A stretch of 64,000 nucleotides of DNA, taken from positions 1,062 to 65,061 of the forward strand of contig JBCKZS010000011.1 of the NCBI GenBank assembly GCA_038918905.1, given 5' to 3'. Within the stretch, counting starts at the first letter, position 1, and each line of letters starts with the position of its first letter. The translations under genes and the position numbers were made by a program. The DNA comes from Vicinamibacterales bacterium (GTDB lineage Bacteria > Acidobacteriota > Vicinamibacteria > Vicinamibacterales > SCN-69-37). This document shows, one piece after another, positions 16,843 to 26,113 of this stretch. Under the pieces are notes generated by a model, which saw only the letters and a program-made list of their open reading frames with translations, did not search any database and was not told where the DNA came from.

Positions 16843-18020
16843 CAGAAGCTCTCAAGGACGTCGAGGTACTTCAGCGCGCCGCCCGTGTTGAACAACACCA
16901 CGGTTTCGTGGGGCTGCACGCGCCCGCTGGCGATGAGCAGCCGAAGGGCGTGCAGGGCGGCGCCGCTTTCCGGCGCGGCGCTGATCCCTTCAAGGCGCCC
17001 GAGGTCGCGCATCCCCGTCACCATGTCGCGGTCGTCAACCGCGACGGCGGCGCCGCCGCTCTCGCGGACCGCGCGCAGCACGAGGAAGTCCCCGATCGCG
17101 CGCGGCACACGCAGGCCGTCCGCCACCGTGTGGGCGTCCTCCCACGGCGCGGCCTTTTCGGCGCCGTCGTGGAAGGCTCGCACGATCGGCGCGCATCCGG
17201 ACGCCTGCACGGTCACCATCTTCGGCCGCTTCCGTGGATCGATCCAGCCGAGCGTGCTCATCTCGTCAAACGCCTTCCACATGCCGACGATGCCCGTGCC
17301 GCCGCCGGTCGGATACAGGATCCAGTCGGGCAGCACCCAGCCAAGTTGTTCGGCCAGTTCGTACCCCATCGTCTTCTTGCCTTCGATGCGGTACGGCTCC
17401 TTCAGCGTTGACACGTCGTACCAGCCGAGCGGCGTGCCCGTCTCCGCCGCGATGCGGCCGGCGTCGGTGATCAGTCCCTCGACCAGCGTGACGTCTGCGC
17501 CGTAGAGCTCGCACTCACGGATGAACGGCGTCTTGACGTCCCTCGGCATGAACACCTTCGCCGTGATGCCGGCATGGGCGGCGTAGGCGGCCAGGGCGTT
17601 GCCGGCATTGCCCGCCGTCGGAATCGACAGGACCGTGGCACCGAGGTGGTGCGCGCGGGTGACCGCCGCCGACAGACCGCGGGCCTTGAAGGAGTTGGTG
17701 GGGTTCAGCGACTCGTCCTTGACGAACAGGCGCGACAGGCCGAGCGATGCGCCCAGCCGTGGGGCGTGCGCCAGCGGCGTCCAGCCTTCACCCAGCGTGA
17801 CCGGAGCTTCGCCCTCGAACAGGGGCATCAGCTCGCGGTAGCGCCACATCGACGCCTCGCGCGCGGCCAGCGACGCCCGCGGCCAGGCTCGGGCCGCGGC
17901 GAGGTCGTAGCGGGCGACGAGCGGCGCGCCGCAGACGCACAGGTGCTGCACCTGGCGCGCGTCGTACGAGGGCGCGCCGCACGGAACGGAACACTCCAGA
18001 TGTGAGAAGTACGCGGCCAC
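16842..18020 (-). CDS. thrC: threonine synthase (with N-terminal Cys-rich zinc-ribbon-like segment)
   Basis: PTNSFKARG PLP-lysine motif and GNAGNALAAYAA. 392 aa. Confidence 0.9.
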   Translation of the reverse strand: MAAYFSHLECSVPCGAPSYDARQVQHLCVCGAPLVARYDLAAARAWPRASLAAREASMWRYRELMPLFEGEAPVTLGEGWTPLAHAPRLGASLGLSRLFVKDESLNPTNSFKARGLSAAVTRAHHLGATVLSIPTAGNAGNALAAYAAHAGITAKVFMPRDVKTPFIRECELYGADVTLVEGLITDAGRIAAETGTPLGWYDVSTLKEPYRIEGKKTMGYELAEQLGWVLPDWILYPTGGGTGIVGMWKAFDEMSTLGWIDPRKRPKMVTVQASGCAPIVRAFHDGAEKAAPWEDAHTVADGLRVPRAIGDFLVLRAVRESGGAAVAVDDRDMVTGMRDLGRLEGISAAPESGAALHALRLLIASGRVQPHETVVLFNTGGALKYLDVLESF

Positions 18021-18022
18021 GG

Positions 18023-18592
18023 CTACTTGCCGAGCAGGTCGATGTCTTTCTTCTTCTGCATGTCGTCGATGAGCGCCACGTGCCGGTCGGTGATCTTCTG
18101 CACGTCATCGAGGCCGCGCCGCTCGTCGTCTTCCGAAATGGCATGGTCCTTCAGCAGTTTCTTCAGACGATCGTTGGCGTCACGACGGACCTGCCGGACG
18201 GCGTTGCGGCCATCCTCGGCGTACTGGTGGACCAGGCGGGACATTTCCTTGCGACGTTCCTCGGTGAGCGCCGGAATCGGAATCCGCACCACCTTGCCGT
18301 CCGACGACGGGTTCAGCCCGAGGTTGCTCTTCTGCACGCCCCGCCCGATGGCCGTGAGGAGGGACGGGTCGAACGGTTGCGCGACGATGAGTGAGGGTTC
18401 GGGGACGGAGAGCTGGGCCACCTGATTCAGCGGCATCAGCGACCCATAGGCTTCGACCTGCACGGGGTCGAGGATCGACACCGAGGCGCGCCCGGTGCGC
18501 AGGCCGCTCAGTTCCTTGCGGACGCGCTCGAGCACGCCGTCCATGCGTCGTGTGACTTCAGCCGGGAGTCCTTTGAGGTCTTGAGCGTCCAT
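18023..18592 (-). CDS. frr: ribosome recycling factor
   Basis: LRTGRASVSILD, LTEERRKE and ISEDDERR motifs. The start is taken at MDAQD. Confidence 0.95.
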   Translation of the reverse strand: MDAQDLKGLPAEVTRRMDGVLERVRKELSGLRTGRASVSILDPVQVEAYGSLMPLNQVAQLSVPEPSLIVAQPFDPSLLTAIGRGVQKSNLGLNPSSDGKVVRIPIPALTEERRKEMSRLVHQYAEDGRNAVRQVRRDANDRLKKLLKDHAISEDDERRGLDDVQKITDRHVALIDDMQKKKDIDLLGK

Positions 18593-18618
18593 GCAGATAT
18601 CCAGCCGCGGGGGGAGGG

Positions 18619-19335
18619 TCAGACCCGGACGGTCGTGCCGACGGGTTCCCCCATGATCACCCGTCGCAGGTTGCCCGCCTCGCGCAGCTTGAACACGATG
18701 ATGGGCAGTTTGTTGTCCATACACAACGAAATGGCGGTGGCGTCCATGACCTTGAGGCCGCGCTCCAGCACGTCGAGATACGACAGGGTCTCGTACCGTG
18801 TCGCGGTCGGGTTGGTCATGGGGTCGGCGGTGTAGATGCCGTCCACTTTGGTGCCTTTGAGGATCACCTCCGAGCGCATTTCCATCGCGCGCAGGGCGGC
18901 GGCCGTATCGGTGGTGAAGTAGGGATTCCCGGTGCCCGCCGCAAAGACCACCACGCGGCCCTTTTCGAGGTGGCGAATCGCGCGGCGGCGGATGAACGGC
19001 TCGGCCACGGCGCGCATTTCGATGGCCGCGGCCACCCGCGTGGTCACGCCAATCTTCTCCAGCGCGTCCTGCAGAGCGAGCGCGTTGATCACCGTCGCGA
19101 GCATCCCCATGGAGTCGGCGGTCGCGCGGTCCATCCCCTTCGCGCTGGCCGCCAGGCCCCGAAACAGGTTGCCGCCGCCGATGACGACGCCGATCTGGAC
19201 GCCCATGGCCGAGACCTCACCGATTTCGCGCGCGATCTGCGTGGCGACGTCGGGGTCGATGCCAAACGGCTGATCGCCCATCAGGGCTTCGCCGGAAAGT
19301 TTCAGGAGAACGCGGGTGTAGGCGGGGGAGGACAC
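18619..19335 (-). CDS. pyrH: UMP kinase
   Basis: [21 protein letters not shown] and [10 protein letters not shown] motifs. GTG start. Confidence 0.95.
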   Translation of the reverse strand: MSSPAYTRVLLKLSGEALMGDQPFGIDPDVATQIAREIGEVSAMGVQIGVVIGGGNLFRGLAASAKGMDRATADSMGMLATVINALALQDALEKIGVTTRVAAAIEMRAVAEPFIRRRAIRHLEKGRVVVFAAGTGNPYFTTDTAAALRAMEMRSEVILKGTKVDGIYTADPMTNPTATRYETLSYLDVLERGLKVMDATAISLCMDNKLPIIVFKLREAGNLRRVIMGEPVGTTVRV

Positions 19336-19343
19336 GGGTACGG

Positions 19344-19349
19344 ATTATA
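19344..19349 (-). promoter_or_regulatory. TATAAT box 8 nt upstream of the pyrH GTG (leaderless candidate)
   Basis: The minus strand reads TTATAATccgtacccGTG. No SD is possible in 8 nt. Confidence 0.35.
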
Positions 19350-19400
19350 ACTGCGAGTGGCAGTGTTATCGGGAGGCGCCGCCAGGGACCGCGCGGCGCT

Positions 19401-20006
19401 CTAATTCCCTTCCCCGAGCTTGAAGCGCGCGAAGCGGGGGATCGCCACGTTCTCGCCGAGTTTGGCGATGGCCGCGGTGACCACCTGGCCGATGGTGACC
19501 TTGGGGTCGCGGATCGACGGCTGGTCGAGCAGCACGACCTGCTCGTAGTAGCTGTGGACCTTGCCCTCGATGATCTTCTCGATCACATTGGCCGGTTTTC
19601 CGGAGTTCTCAAGCTGGGCGCGGTAGATCGCTTTTTCCTGATCGATCACGGCGGCCGGCACATCGTCGCGGCGGGCGTAGAGGGGGCTGGCGGCCGCGAT
19701 GTGCATCGCGACTTCCTTCACGAGGGCCTGGAAGTCGCCGGTGCGCGCGACGAAGTCCGACTCGCAGTTCACTTCCACGAGCACGCCGATCTTGCCGCCC
19801 ATGTGGATGTACGAATTGATGACGCCTTCCGACGTGGATCGGCCCGACTTCCTGGCGGCCTGGGCCAGGCCGCGTTTGCGGAGGATGGTGGTGGCCGCGT
19901 CGAGGTCGCCGTCGGCTTCCTTCAGGGCCGTCTTGCACTCCATCATTCCAGCGCCGGTGCGGTCACGAAGGGTCTTCACTAATGCTGCGGTAATGTCAAC
20001 GGCCAT
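19401..20006 (-). CDS. tsf: elongation factor Ts (short form)
   Basis: ITAALVKTLRDRTGAGMMECKTAL UBA-like N-terminus. The start is taken at MAVDIT. Confidence 0.9.
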   Translation of the reverse strand: MAVDITAALVKTLRDRTGAGMMECKTALKEADGDLDAATTILRKRGLAQAARKSGRSTSEGVINSYIHMGGKIGVLVEVNCESDFVARTGDFQALVKEVAMHIAAASPLYARRDDVPAAVIDQEKAIYRAQLENSGKPANVIEKIIEGKVHSYYEQVVLLDQPSIRDPKVTIGQVVTAAIAKLGENVAIPRFARFKLGEGN

Positions 20007-20147
20007 GGTGCTCCTCATTGCTCCTGAATGCTCGTCAATAAAACACGGGGCGTACACTGAAACGCCGGCCTCATGCGGGGGCCGGCGCTTCCTGAAACGG
20101 GGGCGCGTGCGCGACACGCGCGAGGGGGTTCTGAAAGCGGACCGACG

Positions 20148-20945
20148 CTACACTGAGGCGGTCGGCGCGGGGACCTCGGCTTTGGTGACCGGGGCGACCG
20201 GGGTGACCGGCGCGACCGGCGTGACCGGCGCGGCCGGCATGTCCTCGGCCGACGCCGACTCGGCGATGCCGCGGCCCTCGAGGATGGCATCGGCGATGCC
20301 GGCCGAAAACAGCCGGATCGAGCGCAACGCATCGTCGTTGCCCGGAATCACGTAGTCGACCTGGTCGGGATCACAGTTGGTGTCCACGACGCCGATGACG
20401 GGAATCTTGAGCTTGCGCGCCTCGTCGACCGCGATCTGCTCGTTGCGGGTGTCCACGATGAACAGCGCGTCGGGCAGCCGGGTCATGCCGCGGATGCCGT
20501 CAAGGTTCTTCGACAGCTTGTGACGTTCCTTGTCGAGCCGGGCAATTTCCTTCTTCGAGAGCGTGTCGAAACGGCCGTCGGTGGCCATGGCTTCAAGTTC
20601 ACGCAGGCGGCCGAGCGACCGCTGAATCGTCGCGAAGTTGGTGAGCAGCCCGCCCAGCCAGCGCTGATTGACGAAGAACATGCCCGCGCGCTGGGCTTCC
20701 TCCGCGATGGCGTCCTGCGCCTGGCGCTTGGTGCCGACGAACAGGAAGGTCCCGCCCTGCGCCGCGGTCTCGGTCGCAAACTGCGCGGCCTCGCGGTAGA
20801 GCTTCGCCGTCCGCCCCAGGTCGATGATGTAGATGCCATTCCGTTCACCGAAGATATACGGCTTCATCTTCGGGTTCCACCGCCTAGTCTGGTGGCCAAA
20901 GTGTACGCCCGCTTCGAGCAGGTCCTTCATCGCGATCGCACTCAA
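20148..20945 (-). CDS. rpsB: 30S ribosomal protein S2 with repetitive Pro/Val/Thr/Ala C-terminal tail
   Basis: [19 protein letters not shown] signature. The tail reads [21 protein letters not shown]. Confidence 0.95.
   Translation of the reverse strand: MSAIAMKDLLEAGVHFGHQTRRWNPKMKPYIFGERNGIYIIDLGRTAKLYREAAQFATETAAQGGTFLFVGTKRQAQDAIAEEAQRAGMFFVNQRWLGGLLTNFATIQRSLGRLRELEAMATDGRFDTLSKKEIARLDKERHKLSKNLDGIRGMTRLPDALFIVDTRNEQIAVDEARKLKIPVIGVVDTNCDPDQVDYVIPGNDDALRSIRLFSAGIADAILEGRGIAESASAEDMPAAPVTPVAPVTPVAPVTKAEVPAPTASV
20185..20238. repeat. 6 x 9-bp tandem repeat (GYGRCCGGN) inside the rpsB 3' end
   Basis: gtgaccggg gcgaccggg gtgaccggc gcgaccggc gtgaccggc gcggccggc. It encodes the PVTPVA tail. 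Confidence 0.9.
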
Positions 20946-20967
20946 AACTGCCTCGTCTTCTGAAAGG

Positions 20968-21360
20968 TTAACGCTTGCTGAACTGGAAGCGCTTGCGCGC
21001 GCCCTTCTGGCCGTACTTTTTCCGTTCCTTGGCGCGGGGATCGCGCGTCAGGAGGCCTTCTTTGCGCAGCGGCACCCGGAGTTCCTCGTTGAACTCCAGC
21101 AGCGCGCGCGCGATGCCGAGCCGCAGCGCGCCCGCCTGGCCGGCGACGCCGCCGCCATCCGTGGTCGCCATCACGTCAAAGCGTTCGGTCGTTTCAGTCG
21201 CCACCAGCGGATGACGAATGACGAGCCGCAGCGTCTCAGTGGGGAAGGCCACTTCGACGGGCTTGCGGTTGACGGTAATGGCCCCGGTGCCGGGGCGCAG
21301 GAACACACGAGCGGTGGAGGTCTTGCGGCGCCCCGTGCCGTAGAACTGAGTGCCTGCCAC
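20968..21360 (-). CDS. rpsI: 30S ribosomal protein S9
   Basis: [13 protein letters not shown] and the C-terminal [11 protein letters not shown]. The GTG at 21360 lies right after the rplM stop. The ORF-track ATG at 21414 would overlap rplM. Confidence 0.9.
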   Translation of the reverse strand: MAGTQFYGTGRRKTSTARVFLRPGTGAITVNRKPVEVAFPTETLRLVIRHPLVATETTERFDVMATTDGGGVAGQAGALRLGIARALLEFNEELRVPLRKEGLLTRDPRAKERKKYGQKGARKRFQFSKR

Positions 21361-21361
21361 G

Positions 21362-21793
21362 TTACGCGACCTCACGCTTGCGCGGCTGCTGCGCCGCATG
21401 CGGGTGTTCGCCACCGGCGTACACCTTCAACTTGCCGTACATCGCGCTGCCCAGTTTCGTCTTGGGCAACATGCCGTGCACGGCGTCCTCGATCAACCGA
21501 ATCGGATGGCGCTGGCGCACGATCTTCGCCCGCGTTTCCCGCAACCCGCCTTCGTAGCCACTGTGCTGGCGGTAAATCTTTTGTTCGTCCTTGTTGCCCG
21601 TGAGCTTCACCTTCGCCGCGTTCACGACGATCACGTGATCGCCCCGATCGAGGAACGGCGTCCATTCCGGCTTGTGTTTGCCCTGCAGTAATCGTGCCGC
21701 GTCGGTCGCAATGCGTCCCAACACCTGCCCGTCTGCATCGATAATGTGCCACTGCCTCTCAATCACCTTGGCAGATGGGATAAACGTACCCAT
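21362..21793 (-). CDS. rplM: 50S ribosomal protein L13
   Basis: [16 protein letters not shown] and GDHVIVVNA motifs. 143 aa. Confidence 0.95.
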   Translation of the reverse strand: MGTFIPSAKVIERQWHIIDADGQVLGRIATDAARLLQGKHKPEWTPFLDRGDHVIVVNAAKVKLTGNKDEQKIYRQHSGYEGGLRETRAKIVRQRHPIRLIEDAVHGMLPKTKLGSAMYGKLKVYAGGEHPHAAQQPRKREVA

Positions 21794-21833
21794 GGTCCCC
21801 TTCCAGCCGATTTCGTATCAACGGCAATCCGGA

Positions 21834-21862
21834 AGGATAGCTGGCGCACTGAAGAAAGTCAA
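21834..21862 (-). promoter_or_regulatory. sigma70-like promoter for rplM (TTGACT-17 nt-TATCCT)
   Basis: The minus strand reads TTGACTttcttcagtgcgccagcTATCCT, about 40 nt upstream of the rplM ATG, with GGAAGGGG as the SD. Confidence 0.4.
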
Positions 21863-21870
21863 TTTCCACA

Positions 21871-21914
21871 AGGGGAAACCGAGGGGAAACCGAGGGGAAA
21901 CCGAGGGGAAACCG
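21871..21914. repeat. 4 perfect copies of the 11-bp unit AGGGGAAACCG
   Basis: Four contiguous identical units in the rplM/pilM divergent region, starting 8 bp beyond the rplM -35 hexamer. Confidence 0.95.
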
Positions 21915-22083
21915 GCAGGCGTCCGCCGGCCGGTCCCCGCTTACAAAAGCGGCAGCCACACTCACAAACCCGGTGGGTCGCGGGCCATGCCCGGCTTCCC
22001 CTCCCGCCAGACTCACCTCAACCGGTCGCCTGAGCGTGGGTTTCGCCCGAATTGGCATCAGCCTTGCGGTCAATGTCGCCGCT

Positions 22084-23118
22084 ATGGGGCTCGCCTCCGC
22101 CTTCAAACCGCCCGTCGTGGGCCTCGATCTCGGGTCGCATACGGTCCGCGCGGTGGCGCTGCGCCAGAAACGGCGCGGATGGGCGTTGCTCGCGGTCGGG
22201 GAAGCGCCGATGCCAGCCGGGGAAGCGCCGACCCAGACCCAGATGGCTGAGACCGCCGCGACCCTGCTCGATGCCCTCGGCCTCCGCCGCGCGCGGGTGG
22301 CCGCCGCCGTACCCGGCCACGGAGTCATCGTCAAGCGACTGACGCTGCCCCCGATGAGCCAGGCGGAGCTGGCGGACGCTATCCCCTGGGAAGCCGAGCA
22401 GTACATTCCCTTCCCCCTGGCCGATGTGCAGGTGGACTATCAGGTGCTCGACGGCCCGCGCTCGATGCCCGCGGGCGCCCTGGACGTGTTACTGGTCGCC
22501 GCGCGTCGCGACCGCGTGGCCGAGCGGGTGGGCGCGATGACCGAGACCGGGCGCGCGCCCGTCGTGCTCGACGTCGAAGCCTTTGCGCTCGCCAACGCCT
22601 ACGAGGCGAACTATGCCGACCGCACCGACGCCCTCGTGGCGCTCGTGCACGTGGGGCGTGCCTCCACCGTCGTGTGTCTGCTGGAACGCGGACAGGTGGC
22701 GTTCACGCGCGACATCAGCCTCGGGGGGGCGGCCTACACCGAGGCGCTCGAACGTGAGCTGGGCCTCGACGCGGCCGCCGCGCAGCGACTCCTGCGCGCC
22801 CCACGACCTGACGATGACGCGGCGCGAAGCGCGTTGCGCGACGTCCATCAGCAACTGACGCTGGAGATTCGCAAGACGCTCGACTTCTACCGCGCGACGT
22901 CCGCGTCGGACCACCTCGACCGCGTGGTGCTGTCGGGTGGCGCCTGTCAGGTCGACGGACTCAGCGCCGTGCTGGCGGCCGAGTTCGACACCGAGGTGGA
23001 GATCGCCGACCCGTTCCGGCGGATTTCCCGGTCGTCCCGCGTCGTGGGCGCCGATCTGGAAGGGCCGGCGTTCGCGGTCGCCGTAGGGCTCGCCCTGCGG
23101 CGCGAGGGGGACCGATGA
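22084..23118 (+). CDS. pilM: type IV pilus assembly ATPase-fold protein PilM
   Basis: VVGLDLGSHTVRAVAL actin-like N-terminus and conserved pilMNOPQ order. The start is taken at MGLASAF. Confidence 0.85.
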   Translation: MGLASAFKPPVVGLDLGSHTVRAVALRQKRRGWALLAVGEAPMPAGEAPTQTQMAETAATLLDALGLRRARVAAAVPGHGVIVKRLTLPPMSQAELADAIPWEAEQYIPFPLADVQVDYQVLDGPRSMPAGALDVLLVAARRDRVAERVGAMTETGRAPVVLDVEAFALANAYEANYADRTDALVALVHVGRASTVVCLLERGQVAFTRDISLGGAAYTEALERELGLDAAAAQRLLRAPRPDDDAARSALRDVHQQLTLEIRKTLDFYRATSASDHLDRVVLSGGACQVDGLSAVLAAEFDTEVEIADPFRRISRSSRVVGADLEGPAFAVAVGLALRREGDR

Positions 23119-23723
23119 TTCGGGTCAACCTGCTCTCGAACGATCGCGGGCGCGGGCAGTCGGGGCTCGCGCGCTGGCTGGTCGTGCCCCCCGAACAACG
23201 CGCCGCGCTGTTTGGCGTCACGGTCCTGCTGGCCACGGCGCTCGGCGTGGCGGGCTGGTGGTGGTCGCTCGACCTCGAACGCCAGCGGCTGGAGACCGAG
23301 ATCGCCGCCCGCGAGGCCTCGCTGGTGCAGTTGCAGGAGGCGGCGCGTCTGGTGGAACAGGCCACCGCCCGCGAAAAAGACCTGCGCGATCGCCTGTCGT
23401 TGATCGACCGTTTGCGCGCGACCCAGCGGGCGCCCGTCGTGTTGCTCGAAACGGTCAGCGACAGTCTGCCCGACGGCGTGTGGCTGCTTGAGCTGCGCCA
23501 GACGGGCGCCATCGTGCAGATCGAGGGTCGCGCCGTGTCGCTCTCCGCGCTGGCCGACTTCGTCGACCGGCTGCAGGTCTCGCAGCGGTTTGTGCAGGCG
23601 CTCGACATCCTCACCACGAACATGGAAACGCTGGGCGAAACGTCCGTGGTGCGGTTTGCCGTGCGCGGCGAAGTGCGGGGCGTCACGGCGGCCGTGGCCG
23701 CGCCCGCGCGGGGAGGGGTGTAA
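23115..23723 (+). CDS. pilN: type IV pilus assembly protein PilN
   Basis: MIRVNLL start, a single TM and a coiled coil. ATGA overlap with pilM. Confidence 0.8.
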   Translation: MIRVNLLSNDRGRGQSGLARWLVVPPEQRAALFGVTVLLATALGVAGWWWSLDLERQRLETEIAAREASLVQLQEAARLVEQATAREKDLRDRLSLIDRLRATQRAPVVLLETVSDSLPDGVWLLELRQTGAIVQIEGRAVSLSALADFVDRLQVSQRFVQALDILTTNMETLGETSVVRFAVRGEVRGVTAAVAAPARGGV

Positions 23724-23724
23724 C

Positions 23725-24327
23725 GTGGCGCTGAGCTTCCACCAATACTCGCCGCGCGCCCAGGCCTTGATCTGTCTGGCCATCTCCGTGCTGGCGTTTG
23801 GCGCGGCCTGGCAGGTCCTGATCGCCCCCGAGCGCGCCGAACTCGCCCTGCGCCACGCTCGGCTGACGGTCGTGACGGGCGAGGTGGCGCGGGCCACCCA
23901 GACGGCGCAGCGGCTGCCGCAGGTGCAGCGCGACGTGGCGGCGCTGGAAGCGGCGCTCCGTAAGACCACCGCCGTGTTGCCCGACGAGAAAGATGCGCAG
24001 GACGTGCTCCGGGGCCTCCACCAGCTCGCGAGCGAATCCAACCTCAGCATCAGCAGCTTCACGCCGAAACCCGCCGCCGACCGCGCGCAATACACCGAAT
24101 GGCCGATCGAGCTGGGCCTGGAAGGCGGCTACCACGATCTGGGCGTGTTCTTCGACCGCGTCGCGACCGAGTCGCGACTGATTTCCGTGTCCAGCCTGCA
24201 CCTGAAGGCCAACCCGGTCTCGACGGGCGCGCGGCGCGGACTCGTCGTCGCGACGTGTGTGGCGACGACGTTTGTGTTCGGCGGGCCGGAGAAACCGCAG
24301 GGCGCGACGCCGGGAGGACAACCGTGA
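23725..24327 (+). CDS. pilO: type IV pilus assembly protein PilO
   Basis: TM helix plus coiled coil, then WPIELGLEGGYHDLGVFFDRV, a PilO-like core. GTG start after the pilN stop. Confidence 0.75.
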   Translation: MALSFHQYSPRAQALICLAISVLAFGAAWQVLIAPERAELALRHARLTVVTGEVARATQTAQRLPQVQRDVAALEAALRKTTAVLPDEKDAQDVLRGLHQLASESNLSISSFTPKPAADRAQYTEWPIELGLEGGYHDLGVFFDRVATESRLISVSSLHLKANPVSTGARRGLVVATCVATTFVFGGPEKPQGATPGGQP

Positions 24328-24782
24328 GCGTGAGGATCCGCGGGGCAAGCGTGCTGCTGCTGGTGCTGCTCGGCGGCGTCCCGGTCGCGTCCGCGGCGCA
24401 GGAGACCGTCGCCATCGGGAGCCGTGTCGGCGTGCCTCCCTCCGGCTACCAGGGCGCGGGTCGCCGCGACCCGTTCGCCAGTCTCATCGCGGCGCCCACG
24501 CCGTCGTCAGCGCCCGCCGCGCCGAGGGCCGCCGGTCTGGCGGGGATCGCGGTGGCCGACGTGGCCGTGAAAGGCATCATCACGAGCGGCAACACCTGGA
24601 TCGCCCTCCTCGAAGCGCCCGATGGCAAGACGTACCTGGCGCGTCCGCAAGACCGCCTGCACGACGGTGTGGTGCGGCGCATCGATGCCGACGCGGTGGT
24701 GTTCCTGACCCAGGCCGGCTCGGGCGCGGGCGCCGCGCGCGAAGTGCGAAAGGGGCTTCGGCCCACGGCGGGTGACCAATGA
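24324..24782 (+). CDS. pilP: PilP-like pilus assembly protein
   Basis: Signal peptide, RDPF motif and a C-terminal beta domain (WIALLEAPDGKTYLARPQDRL). Its position lies between pilO and pilQ. Confidence 0.6.
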   Translation: MSVRIRGASVLLLVLLGGVPVASAAQETVAIGSRVGVPPSGYQGAGRRDPFASLIAAPTPSSAPAAPRAAGLAGIAVADVAVKGIITSGNTWIALLEAPDGKTYLARPQDRLHDGVVRRIDADAVVFLTQAGSGAGAAREVRKGLRPTAGDQ

Positions 24783-26113
24783 CACGTGTCCGGATCGTCT
24801 GCCTGTCGCTCGTGTGGGTAGTGCTGACGGCCCTGCCGGCCAGTCAGGTGCCGCCCGCGTTGACGACGCCGCCGGGGCAGCCGAAGCGCTACACGGGCGC
24901 GCCAGCGGACTTTGATTTTCAGGGCGCGGATCTCCGGATGGTGCTGCGGTCGTTTGCCGAGATCAGCAGGCTCAACCTGGTGATCGATCCGGCGGTCAAG
25001 GGCACGGTCGATATCAAGCTGACGCGTGTGCCCTGGGATCAGGCGCTGGAAATCATCCTCAAGACCAGCAAGCTCGGCTACATCGTCGAAGGCACCGTGG
25101 TGCGCATCGTGCCACTGCAGGTGCTGGCGTCGGAGGAAGACGAGCGGCAGAAGCTGATCGATGCGCAGGCGCCCGCGTCGTTGACCGTGCGGACGTTTCC
25201 GCTCAACTACGCGCAGGCGGCCGATCTGGCACCGTTGCTCAAGGCGGTGGTGTTGTCCAAACACGGCGACACCCAGGTGGATGTGCGCACCAATACGCTC
25301 ATCGTGCGCGACCTGCCCGACCATCTGGAGGCGGTGGCGGCGCTGGTGCAGACGCTCGACCGGGCCGAGCCCCAGGTGGAGATCGAAGCGCGCGTGGTGC
25401 AGACCAACCGCGATTCGGCCCGTGCCTTGGGCGTGCAGTGGGGCGGGACGGGACGGATGGCGCCCGACCTGGGCAACACGACCGGACTGGCATTCCCGAA
25501 TGCGGTGGCGGTCAGCGGCCGTGCCGGCGACGGTGCGGTGGTCAGTTTGCCTGTGAGCCCCGCCACCTCCACCGTCGGACTCGCGATGGGGGCGATCAAC
25601 GGCGCGTTCAATCTGGATGTCGCGCTGTCGGCGCTGGAGCGCTCCGGGAACGGACGCATTCTGTCGAGCCCGCGTGTCACCACGCAGAACAACCGCCAGG
25701 CCGAGATGACCCAGGGCGTGCAGATTCCGATTCAGACGGTGTCCAACAACACCGTGACCGTGACGTTCAAGGACGCGGCGCTGAAGCTGCTCGTCACGCC
25801 GCGGATCACCGCCGCGAACACCGTGATCATGGAGGTGGAACTCGAGAACGCGACACCCGACTTCACGCGCCAGGTCAACAACATCCCGCCGATCGACACG
25901 CAGCGCGCGCGCACGTCCGTGCAGGTCTCCGACGGTGCGACGACGGTGATCGGCGGCATCTTCGTGAGCCGCGAGCAGTCCACGCAGGATCGCACGCCCG
26001 GGTTTCACCGCCTGCCGCTGCTGGGATGGTTGTTCAAGCGCGACTTGACGCAGGACGAGAGTCGCGAACTGCTGATCTTCATCACACCTCGCATCCTGCG
26101 GAGCGGGTCATGA
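24779..26113 (+). CDS. pilQ: type IV pilus secretin PilQ (short form, no AMIN domain seen)
   Basis: FQGADLRMVLRSFAE N0-like region and a secretin core (RTPGFHRLPLLGWLF, LLIFITPRIL). Confidence 0.9.
   Translation: MTRVRIVCLSLVWVVLTALPASQVPPALTTPPGQPKRYTGAPADFDFQGADLRMVLRSFAEISRLNLVIDPAVKGTVDIKLTRVPWDQALEIILKTSKLGYIVEGTVVRIVPLQVLASEEDERQKLIDAQAPASLTVRTFPLNYAQAADLAPLLKAVVLSKHGDTQVDVRTNTLIVRDLPDHLEAVAALVQTLDRAEPQVEIEARVVQTNRDSARALGVQWGGTGRMAPDLGNTTGLAFPNAVAVSGRAGDGAVVSLPVSPATSTVGLAMGAINGAFNLDVALSALERSGNGRILSSPRVTTQNNRQAEMTQGVQIPIQTVSNNTVTVTFKDAALKLLVTPRITAANTVIMEVELENATPDFTRQVNNIPPIDTQRARTSVQVSDGATTVIGGIFVSREQSTQDRTPGFHRLPLLGWLFKRDLTQDESRELLIFITPRILRSGS

Noticed and set aside
21973-22083. A 37-codon N-terminal extension of PilM from the ATG at 21973.
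   Set aside because: The extension is Pro/Arg/Ser-rich with no PilM homology. The actin-like fold begins right after the internal ATG at 22084.
25438-26109. The upstream half of the 443-aa ORF 25438-26769 might be part of the lipoprotein.
   Set aside because: It is out of frame within pilQ and Arg/Gly-rich. A proper ATG with a signal peptide occurs at 26110, overlapping the pilQ stop.
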